From the NCBI RefSeq assembly GCF_011386835.1, contig NC_088798.1:12400001-12464000 (forward strand): 64,000 bases of DNA, in the 5' to 3' direction. The stretch comes from Chrysemys picta bellii. Lineage: Eukaryota. The position numbers were made by a program, and so were the translations under genes. This document shows, piece after piece, positions 35,786 to 47,200 of the stretch (position 1 is the first letter of the stretch; every line of letters starts with the position of its first letter). The notes beneath the pieces were generated by a model that was given only the letters and a program-made list of their open reading frames with translations, did not search any database and was not told the DNA's origin.

Positions 35786-36714
35786 AAGAACAACAATGCA
35801 TAGGGAAGGGAGGATACCCAGCCCACCTGATGTATTTGTGGCCCTCCTTAGAGCCTGCAGAATCTAATTTTTTCATTTCATTCCTGGTTGGGAAGAACTG
35901 AAGGTAACTGAAGCAGGAATGTCTGCCTCAGTCTTCAGGCAGCCTAAACAGTAGCTCTCAGAAGTGTTGACTCCCCTGTCCCTCATTAGTCTTATTGGGT
36001 TGTTGACTCCGAAGCTCAATGATGACACTTCAATGTCAATATTAACTATTTCACTGCTGTTTCTTTTAGCAGATAGAATGAGCTGAGGGGCGGGAATTGG
36101 GAGTCTGTTGCAGGGAAGGAATTGCAGAGGGAAGAGAGGAGGAGAAAGACAAGGGAAAGGGAAGGAGAAACAGAAGGGAGGATGGAGGTAGAGGAGCAAC
36201 AAAGACCATGGCAGCAGTGGTCTTGCATGGGGCATATTTTTCCATCAAATGATGCTGAATGTGGTCAAGGGACTTAACAAATTACAGCTCTAAATTCAGT
36301 TCCTACTACCAGGCTGTATTCGCCCCTTGGTCTTAGTGCTAATCTCTCTCGGCCATGCATGGGGGATCTGCTGTGGATTGAGGGGAGTAGGGATCCTCCA
36401 TTTATAACCCAGCCCATGGAGCATCATTAAGGCTGGAATTTGGCCCACTGTACAGAATGAGTGCTATGTCCTGGACTCCCATCCACCCCACTAGTACTAT
36501 TCACCATTTCAGTTACACTATCATTGATTATTTATGAGCCCCACTCCTGTGAGCCCCCATGGTGCAAGCAAGATCACCAATGGCAAATCAAGCCCGGGAA
36601 GGCTCCATTGTTAAAAAGGCATGTTTAAATACAAATTTAAAAGCTGTTCTCACACTGGTGCAGATTCACTGGTTCATCTTCAAGGCCTTTGACAGACATT
36701 AACCCACGCAACAT

Positions 36715-36870
36715 CCCTATGAGGTGCATAAGCAGGTATTAGCTTCATTTGGTAAGAGGGGAAACTGAGGCAGAAAAGTGTTGCGACTTGCCCAAGGACA
36801 CAGAGAGAGTGCCAGGATTATACTAGAGGAGTTCCTGTCTTTAAATCCTATGCTGCCAGACCACTAGGCA
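36715..36870 (-). mobile_element. CORE-SINE (MIR-like) fragment
   Basis: Core ggggaaactgaggcag...acttgcccaagg. Confidence 0.6.
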
Positions 36871-38217
36871 GTGCCTATGAGCTCTGTCAATTAGACCAGA
36901 TTATGGGATAATCCTTGCCAATTAGAAATTATTATATACAAACCAATGATCTCCATACCTAGAATACGCCTTGAATGGATACACTTCTAGTTCTATGAAG
37001 CTGTAAACTTGCCAAGCAGTTTTCCCCCAGGCCAATATTTATCTTAAGATGAATTTTCACTAGTCCAAATTCTAAACCCTTGCACTGATTGGAACTGAGC
37101 AGGGAGGGAGAAGCCCTGGGAGAGGGAAGGCCAATGCCACATGATTCCAGGGTCCCTGCCACATAAATAATGTGCTGCAATAGACCCGAGGCTTTGTCCA
37201 AAGTGTGGGCTGAGCGGCACAGATGTCAGGATAAAATCCCCTAGCCAGACTTCTCTGGGAAAGCCTGCTACAACCTGCTGGCTTTCTGGACAAGGCTGTT
37301 GCTAGCACAGCTTCAGCTCTAACACTGAGAGGGCCTATGGGACACGTCCAGCCAATCTGCTCTCGTTTCCAACTCCTGTCAGAAGCCTGGTGAAATGAGC
37401 CCAACGCAGCAGCAGCTGGGTCATTGTACACATTAACCTGTGGAACTCATTGCTCACAGAGAACATATCTAGCAATTAAAGAGAGGAAAACCCAGCACAA
37501 TATTTCATCTACGGAGAGCTCCATCCCCTGTGAACTCAATCCCCCCTTACTGTGACATGGCTGAACCTTGGCACTGTTAGGAGGCCTCAATTTTCTGCTC
37601 AATAAACATAACTCACGCTCCATTATCCTATGTACAGTCAGGGAGCGCCTTTTGGCTGGGCATCTCAATGCCCTGAAAAGCAAGAATCAATGGTGCCTCC
37701 CACCACCCCAGTACAATCATTTTTGGAGAGGAGGGAGCAGAGCAATTAAGGGGCTCCCCAAGGGCATATCACAAGTCATTCTCAGAGCTGGGAGCAGACC
37801 CTAGCAGCCCTAACTCCCAGCCCCCTGCCGGCCACAGTTTAAAGGGCCAGTTGCTCAAACAAAGAGAATGCCTTTCATTACCGTAAGAGAGAGTCATCAC
37901 CACCCACCCTGGTTCTCCGCCTAAGCCCCCAACGCGTCAGGGGGACGTCTGACGTCTGACTCATCCAACGTGTCAGCTACCCGTGAGTGAGCCACCAAAG
38001 CCTAGCCGGTCCTTGAGTTTGGGCTGAGGGACATGTTTTTCTTTTCACACATCATGTACCAAATCACAGAGGGGAGGAAGAGGCGCTTGCTTCTTCCAGT
38101 GCTTGGTAGCATCAGGACGCTGAAGCCCTGGATGTTTAAAATAAGCTAGAGACAGACCTCTCAATATATCATTGCATTTTTAATTGTCCATATGCTCAAT
38201 CCATTATGTTTCCCCAG

Positions 38218-38296
38218 ATGGCAGGGATGCTTAACTACTACTTCCTCATCTGGGCTGTAATAATGAGGATCTCTGGCAGGCACCTGGCACCGAAAG
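38218..38296 (+). CDS. Novel cytokine receptor-like gene, signal peptide exon (MAGMLNYYFLIWAVIMRISGRHLAPK-G)
   Basis: tttccccag|ATG start, hydrophobic core, phase-1 donor AAG|gtaaaa. Confidence 0.82.
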
Positions 38297-41200
38297 GTAA
38301 AATACAAGATCTAGGCACTGTAAACTGAGACGCAAAAGAGGGGTGAATTCACTGCTATTACCCGTTGGAGATACTTCCTGCTGCTTGCAATTGAGATCAG
38401 TTTAATCATAGGGCTGTGATCATTCCATTATTATTTGTATTGCAGCCACGTCTAGGGAGCCCAATCATAGACCCGGCCCCATAGTGCTAGGTGCTGCACA
38501 AACACAGCCCTGCCCTGCCCCCGAAGAGCTTACAACACTGTGTCAGATGCTAAATCCGAGTGCGGGTAACATTCAGTGAAGTCTTGCTAGTGACAGAGGG
38601 CTTGATCCCGGCACAGGGCAGCTATGGGGTGTTGTGTCTATAAACAGAAGGTGAAAAGCGGTGAGCAGGCCACACAGTGTGGGGGAGTCCGATCCTGGAT
38701 GACTCAGCGCACTGTGCAGCTTCCACGTTATCTTGCCTCACAGCAGGAGCAAAGCCAGAGAGGGAAACGTGCAGTTCGGCAGCTCGTTAGCATGATGGGC
38801 CGCACACTGGGACCCAGGTCTCTGACCATAGCCTGCCCTTCCTTTACCCTGCCTGTGCATAAGTAAAGGGGCAAGCACACTAGGGGCTTGCAGCTTACTA
38901 CCAGGCAGTACACCTAGTACTCAATCTGACTTGCCCTGACACGGAGCTTCCACTTGCGCTGGAGCGCACCAACCTGCTGCATGATGGGCAAGGACTTGCA
39001 GGGTCAAAGCTACAGTCTTCAGCACAGAGAGACTTTTCTCTCCCTTTGTCTCCCCACTTCTGCCAGCTGGCTTGGAGGAGGATGCTGCTGCTGGGGCGGG
39101 GGGGGGGGGGGGAGCAGGGAGAGGAGGGGCGGGGCTTTGGGTACCCAGGAGGGCAGGTAGAAAGTGTTCTGGGCAGTGGGAGGGCAAGGCAGATGGGGCT
39201 GGGTATCCGCAGCTGTTTCTGTTACCTGAGGTTCAGCAATGGGCAAAGGGGGTCAGAGCTCCACAACGAGCTGTAAAATAGCAGTATGTGGTCGAAGGCC
39301 TTAATCCAGGTGTTCACAGTCACTGGGGGAAGAAAAACGTAGCATGCATGTGCTGAAAGCCACATTGCTAAATAAAATAGCTTTGTGGCTTTCATTGGCT
39401 TCCTCCTGCCCCAGATAGCAAAGGCTACTTTTCCATTGTATGGACCCAGGGCCTGCACAAAAGTAAATACATCGAATACATCAAATGTTGGTTTTAAGCA
39501 CAGCCGAGAAACAACCGGGGTGATACTTTTTTTGTACTCTTATCCATCAAGATAGGTAAACAGATATTTGCTTCCAGAGTTTGAACAAAACAAACCCCAT
39601 GTGGAGACTGTGCCTGCCAAGGTCCAGCCTGGAGCAAATTTTACAGCTAAATTATAAGCCCCTGAAAATAGAGTCTTAGAATTATCACTCCACGAGACGC
39701 CTAACTAGAGGCTGGAGGTGAAAACAGCCTGGCTGTGATGAAGGCTAGGCTGAGAAGATCTCCTGTTTAGGCTGTGTAAAAAGGCAATGTTTCCCCATGG
39801 GTATAGATGTATATTCGGGGGATATGCAAGATAAAGTGCAGTAAGATTATTGTAAAAAGCAACAGAGGGTCCTGTGGCACCTTTAAGACTAACAGAAGTA
39901 TTGGAGCATAAGCTTTCGTGGGTGAATGCCCCTGAACCCTCTGTTGCTTTTTACAGATTCAGACTAACCCGGCTACCCCTCTGATACTTAAGATTATTGT
40001 GGCTTTTTTGAATGTTAACTCCTCCCTACATAGAGCATGCTGAAGATTACCAGTAAGATGCTCCCTAGTTCCCGTGGCATAATGAAAATGGCCATCGATC
40101 TGTTTGATGATATATCACTCCGTTCTCCCTTTGCAATCTCTAGGAGCCTCGTCCTCCTTACACCTGCGGTGCATAGTGCTTTATCCAAAGTGCATGTCAT
40201 GCCACTGGACTCCACCGGATGGTGCTGCATCCAATACAACATTCCACCTCAGATATAAGATGAGGTAAATAAAACTGGGTGAAAACTTTATCCCAGCTAT
40301 GAAACACGATCCTTGAATTACTGCATGTTTATGGGAGACGCCACAGCATCCAGCAAGGGGATGTAACTCTCTTCTTTTGACATTATATCATTCACTGCAC
40401 GGAGTTCCCCCTCTTTCCCTTTATTCTAATGTATTGTGAGTGGTGTGGGCTGCAGTATTTTAGTCGCACAGTAGCTGCACTGTTTTGTCCGCTCAGATGT
40501 GGGGTGGGAATCAGAATAATTGTCAAAGTACCTTTCCACCGATATTGATACATTCTCCAGCATTGGCCTTCTTGGTGTTACTGCGGTGTCTGGATTATTC
40601 CTTTAGAATGCTGTGGTTAGAAACCAGTAGCACCAGCTCTTGTTAAGTGTGTATCTAAATCACACACACTAATGCGATGGCCTTTGATCTAACTACTCTT
40701 TCAGCCTCTCCTGCGGCACAGCGTACAGCATACCTCGACGAAAGGCGCTGGGGTGTTTGCAGCTGGACACACCAAGTGCACCTTTCCAGTCATCCACATG
40801 GACATAACCAGTGTTTGACAAAGCACATGCATATTCCATCAGCAGTGCGATGGCTTGAAAAATTAACTACCTAGAGATTTCCACATGCCTAAGGAGCAAA
40901 CCCAGAAAAATTGCAGCTTTAAAAAGGAGCTGCCTTTGGGAACATGCCCAAAGCGCAGGGGAGGGTGGAATGGGAGGGCATTGTATGTCTTCCTGCATAG
41001 AGACCTCTGGGTGGGATGGTCTCCTCACTCTTTGTTCACTTGGTTTAGGGGAGTAATAGAAGCCGAAGAATGCAAAGACTACATCACCAGTGGCCCCAAC
41101 TCCTGCTATTTCAGCCGCACCAACCTGTGCCTGTACTTGACCTATGAAATCTGGGTGGAAGCTGGGAACCAGATGTCAGAGAAGCTGATTGTTAACACTG

Positions 41201-44200
41201 AAGACATTGGTGTGTGGGGTGTGTGTGAGTGCGTGTCAGGGCGTGTTTGCGTGGTTGGTTCTTTGTTTCATTGTATTTATGGCAGAGAGGAAATTAGAGC
41301 AAATATTCACATTTGTGTCCTGACCCTGAGCCCACTGGAGTGGAAGGAGAGAGTCTTAATGACATTAATAGGCTTGGATCAAGCCCTTAGAGGAAGGTGT
41401 CATGCTCCAGTGGTCTTAGTCTAGGACTGGGAGCCAGAAAAAAATTGAGAGATTGATTCCCTCTGTGCCCATATACAAACCAAACGTCCTAGGTCTCAGT
41501 TTCCCCATCTATCAAGTAGGAATAATACAACCTCACCTTGGTGTCGCAAGGGATAATTATGACTCAAGCTTTCAAATGCCCTTTGTAGAGAAGTACCGTT
41601 ATTTAGGCAAGGGGCTGGCTAGTCCTGACCACCTAGGCCTTGTCTTCACTTGGAAAAAAGGTGCTTTTACCACGCGTTAGCTCAGCCATCATAATTAACA
41701 CGAGTTAAAATCTTGGGGCGGACCAGGCAGCTTTCAGTTTTCACATGTGTTAGCAGGTCAAACCTCAGCATGCTAACGTGAAAACTACCAACTGCCTTGT
41801 CCATGGTGGGGTTCTAATAGGTGCTAGCTAACACATGGTAAAACACCACCTTTTTTTTCCTACTGTGGACGCTCGCCCAATGTGAACGCAAAGCTCCCAC
41901 TAGAGCACCCGCTGCTTTTAACGTTCACAATGTGAACCAAAACCCAGGGAAGGTCAGATCCCAGTGTTGCTGCTCAGGCCCTCCTCTAATTATAAACAAA
42001 GGAGCTTCAGTCAACAGTGCAGCTCCAATAGTCTGGTGCTGAACAGGAGAGGGGGCATCGAGCCGGGGGCAAAGCCTCCGCGCATCCCTTATCTCGTGTG
42101 ATTCCATCCAGGGGCAGACCCCGTCCTTACTGGGCTTTTTACGCTCGCTTTATCTTGGCCTTCACCCGGTATCTGCTCTCTCCCCATCCCTCCAGACAGC
42201 CTGCTGGATTTAACACAGCCTCCCAATTCCTGCCTTGCTGCAGCTCCGCTTTACTTTTTTATTTTCCCTTCCCCACCACGGTTCCCACAGCACAGATACT
42301 TTGTGGAGGGGAGGGCTTGGGACAAAGGAGGATTATTGGCCCAGGAGTGCAATCTCTCTAACTCTGTCTGGGTGCCATAAAACCTGCCCTGTTCCATTCC
42401 GATGCAGCGTGGCGCTTGCAGCGAGAATGTGCTGTTTGCCACTGGCTCAGTTCTGCAGCCCCTGCATGTGAGTCGCTTCCCCTGAAGTCGATGGGGAGCT
42501 ACTCACATGCAGCAGCAGCTCGAGTCAGAGAACCAGGCCCCTCCTCCTTGTGTTTAAGGCAGAACACAGAGATAGCAGCAAGTAAACTAATCCCGGAGTG
42601 TCCTGGCAAGAAGGGCCAGGATGAGTCAGATTTCAATTGGATTAGACTCTAGAAAGTCAGCATGTCACCCCTGTGAGCTTAGAGCCTCTGAACATCTAGA
42701 GCAGGGAGATGGTCTGATAGAGGTCCCTTCTGAACAGTGTCAGGGGACCGGGATCTAACGCAGCACGCCCCAGCCACGTTGTAGATGGGTCTAAGCCAGG
42801 TCAATAACCACGTCTTTTAAGGACTGTAACATGAATCTCATACGGATTGTTCCCATCTACACAGGCGAGACCCAGCCGTAATGAAATACAGCCGGGGCAC
42901 TACTGTGTGCTAATCCAGTCCCCTGACACTGAGAAATGTGCTGCATCGACAGGCCCATGACTAGAGCTGTTTCTTCCCATATATTTTGTTTGGGCAGCAT
43001 GTAAACTCCCAAGCAGGGGGTGGGTGGCAGCCCCTGAATGTAATGGGCCTCTTTCAAAGGCAGTGGTGGTTAAAATGCCCCGACATTGGCTCCAGTTTCC
43101 CTCTCTCCCATCTCTTTGCTACCAGCTTCTCTTCACTATAAACTGCCTTTTTTTTTTTTGTTCAGCCTACAGCAGCGTGAGCTACCCATCCCCCCAGCTG
43201 CAGCGTGAAACAGCTCAGCCTTTTCCTCCGCTGGTGGCTGTTGCTTGATTCAATNNNNNNNNNNNNNNNNNNNNNNNNNNNNNNNNNNNNNNNNNNNNNN
43301 NNNNNNNNNNNNNNNNNNNNNNNNNNNNNNNNNNNNNNNNNNNNNNNNNNNNNNNNNNNNNNNNNNNNNNNNNNNNNNNNNNNNNNNNNNNNNNNNNNNN
43401 NNNNNNNNNNNNNNNNNNNNNNNNNNGAGTAGAGTCTCTCTCTCTCTCACACAGAGTGTGTGTACAATAGGAATAGAGTCCTCTCACACACACACACACA
43501 CACACACAAAGTGTGCATAGGAGTAGTGTCTCTCTCTCACACACACATACACACAAAGTGTGCGATAGTAGACACACACACATGAAGTGAGTGTGTGATA
43601 GGAGTCAAATCTCTCTCTCTCTCTAACACACACACACAGCAAGTGTGCAATAGGAGCGGAGTCTTTCTTTTTGCCACAAGCTGGGACTGGACAACAGGAT
43701 GGATCCCTCAAAAATTGCCCTGTTTTGTTCCTTCCCACTGAAGCATCTGGCACCAGCCACTGTCGGGAAGACAGGCTTCTGGGATAGCTGGACCATTGTT
43801 AGTCCAGTTCTTATATGGATGTATGGCCGTTCTTGTATTTCCATCCAGGGACTGACCTGGTTACTTCTGCACTGAGACCGGTTTGTCTCCCCCAAAGGAG
43901 GGTTCTTTCCCCCGACACACAAACCTCTCCCCTCTGATCCCTCAGCAAACAGCCTCTGCCCTTGCACGCTCCAAGAGGCAGCTCCAGAAACCAGCGACTG
44001 TAGCACACACAACAGACCGAGGAGCAGGAAAATCACCCCCAGATTGAGAAGCACATGCAGTAGTTTACTCAGTCATAATACTTCTCTGCCCTATTGTGCC
44101 TAGAAGAATTACATTAAAGACTTTCTTCACAGTGAGACTTACGCTTAGTAACATGGAGGGCTCTTTTCTATTGGCCAATGTGACTTCTCAGGATTTCCCC

Positions 44201-47200
44201 CGCTTCCTCGAAGACTTTGGCCTGATTATGAAAAGTGGCCTGATTCAGGAAAGCAGCACTTAAGCGTGTGCTTCAGTGCATTCCTGGATCAGGGTTTTGC
44301 TTGGGGGAAGTGAAGTTATAGGCCCTTGTGTAGTTATGTAACAAAGAGCACTGGGGCCAGATTCTGGGAAGAGCTCGCTGAAGTCAATGTGGTTTGTGGT
44401 GCTCATCACCACCACTTGGGTTTTTTCAGTGGTTGGGATTGGGAGGAGGGGAGTTCCTTTGGATCCCCATAAAACCTCAGGGCCAGTCTTGCGCTGGCAG
44501 GACTCCTAGGTTGAGCAGTGATGCTGGCAGATATTTTAGGAACATCTGTTTCACAAGTGCTGCCCACTAAGACAGGATAGCATAGGGCAATTTTACTGCT
44601 AGTGGCCATGGGCTCCTGGTGAGAAGCTGCTATATTGATTACTGCCAGCCAAAAGAAACTTTAGTTTGCTTTTAAACAGCAAGACTCACACTGCTGGCTT
44701 TAGCCAAAATTCACATGGGAACTGCACTCCCTGTCCGGACTGCTGAGATGGCAGTTCCTCTTCCATTGTAGATGGGGAAGATACTAATAAATCTGTTTTA
44801 GTGATTTCCTCCTCTTGTGACGAGGGGTACAATTTTCAGAAACAACTAAATGACTTAGGCGCCAAGGCCCAGATCCTCAAAGGTACTTAGGCACCTAATG
44901 CTCATTGATTTCAGTAGTGCCTAAATACCTTGGAGGATCTGGGGCCTAGTCCCATTTTCAAAATGAAGTAGGCACCAAAGTCTCATTGAAAACCTATGAG
45001 CCTTAGGCTTCTGAGTGTATAAGTCACTTGGAAATGGGACCTAGCCATCTAAATCGCTCAGGCGCTTTCAAAAATTTTACCCTAGAGCATGAACAAACCA
45101 CTGATCACACACATACACCTGGGCACATAGCCAACCCTCCGCCCATGTCCCATATACCCACAATGTGAGTTTAGCCCCTCCTTTCACCTTCTTTTTTTTA
45201 TAGCTAAAACTGAACCACCAGAGGGCCTGAAGGCCACTGGATTTGGCACCCACCTATCCGTAGAATGGGGGTACCCACCTGGCGTGGCAGCCTCCTATTT
45301 CCCACTGGTGTTTGAGCTTCAGTACCAAGAACAGGGGAGTGGCGAATGGGAGGTGAGTCACTTTTGCTTTCCTTGCCTTCCATGGGCTGGTCTGTAGTGT
45401 AACAGGCGTGGGGCTTTCCTTACCAAAGCCCTGGGGAACCAGGCCTAGTTTGCAAGGAACCTTGTGCCGCAGAAGTCTGCCCACTGCCTGGGAAACGTGA
45501 ACGTGGGCTAGGAACGTTCAGAAGATAGGGTGTTCAACAGCGGCAGACGAGCTGTCACAAGTAAAGCAAAACAATAAGCAATTGTGTCATCCCGGTTGTA
45601 GCTCCACGGACTTCACTGGTCTTACATCAGAGATGGCTCTGACCCTGCGGTCAGTATCCTAGGATATTGACTTGTCAGTTCAGTATTGATCATATGTAAC
45701 ACCGACAGACCCCAGTCATTGGTGGAGGGATCGAATCTGGGACCTCTGGAGCTAAATGCATGAGCCTTTACTGCATGAGCTAAAAGCCATGTATATGCCT
45801 CTTAGCTAAGGCTGTAGCAGACTCATTAATCTCTAAGCGGTCTCGGTGCCCTAGAGGGGGCAGAACACCACACTCAGGAGGTGTGTGGGTTACACATACA
45901 CTCTGGAGGAGCACTGAAAGTGACTGAAAAGAAAGGCCCCTTTTAGGAAACAATATAGCCGTTGGCCAGGAGGGTGGACTAACCAGCTGAACCTCTCTGA
46001 TGTCTATGATTCTTTTAGAAGAAAAGACAACCCCAGCTCAGGATCCAAACTTCATGGCCAGATTCTGTCCCGTTCCCACCCCTTTCTGCCCCTTTCCTAC
46101 CCCTTTCGGCCCCTCTGGCCGCATCAAGGGCCAGTAAGCTGCCTTAACAGGGCAGCTAAAGATTCTTCCAACATAGGCGAGTCCATGGCTGGCACAGATT
46201 CAGCATAACCAGGTCTGGGTCATGTCTTCCTAGCCCCCTCCCCCATCCAATGTATGGAGATGTCGGGGGTGTGGCCGGAGCATGCTGTGCTCCAGCAATC
46301 TCCACTGGCATAACGGCTCCTCTTGAGTTATTACAAGCCAGTGTAGTTTGGAGCAGCCCTGCTATAAACTGCGTGAGTCTTGGAGCCTGTAAGCAGGTGG
46401 AGCTCCACTGACTTATGCAGCGTTGGACAAGCTCACTCATGCTGTCCTGGGTTTTGTCCTAACTAGACTTCAACAGCTTTTCCTGCAAATGCATTAGCTG
46501 CAGACACAATCAATGTGACAGCTACGCTATAATAAAAATGGTTTCAGAAGAAGTGGTTTTTTACCCATGAAAGCTTATGCCCAAATAAATCTGTTAGTCT
46601 TTAAGATGCCACCAGACTCCTTGTTGTTTTAGAGTAGGTGTAGATTTCCAAATGCTTGCTCCATAAACCATATTAATGATATTTTACTTGCAGTATATCA
46701 TTTAGCCACTAGATGTCTCTGTGTGCTATACATTTCCAGATAGGTTGAGGTCCTTGGTAAACAAAAGAGACAAAGCTGGAACTCAGGCTGCATGGAAGTC
46801 TGTTTCCTTCTGTCTATAGATCACAGTTGTTTTATTTTATGAGTACCTCCTCTTTAAGACAGACTGTGATTCCATATACTATGGAATATTCTAAACAATG
46901 TTGTTTGAGAATAATTCAAAATTTATTTAAAAAGGAAACATATTTATTTAAACAGGTGAGTCCTTCCAGGGTGTGGTTTATTAGTCCAGGGTCCCAAGAC
47001 CTCCTGCTTTCTTCTCCTGGGGCTGACACTGATTTCTTCTATGGCCTTGAGACAGTCACTTTGCTGTGCCTCAGTTTCCTTGTTGTGTGCATAACTTAAT
47101 GTAAATGTAAAAATGCTTTGGAGATGCTGAGTGATAAGTATTATTATCTTTCTTCCTCTCAGTTATTTCTCCTAACTGAAGAATAAAGGGGCAAAGGAAT

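Noticed and set aside
38297-40143. Search for an Ig-like exon as in CRLF1/IL6R/CNTFR
   Set aside because: No ~300-nt phase 1-1 open exon with Ig-type Cys/Trp was found, and the signal exon joins D1a in frame.
40885-41424. 179-aa ORF as a single-exon gene
   Set aside because: Only 41049-41209 is receptor-like and it is bounded by splice sites; the flanks are intronic read-through.
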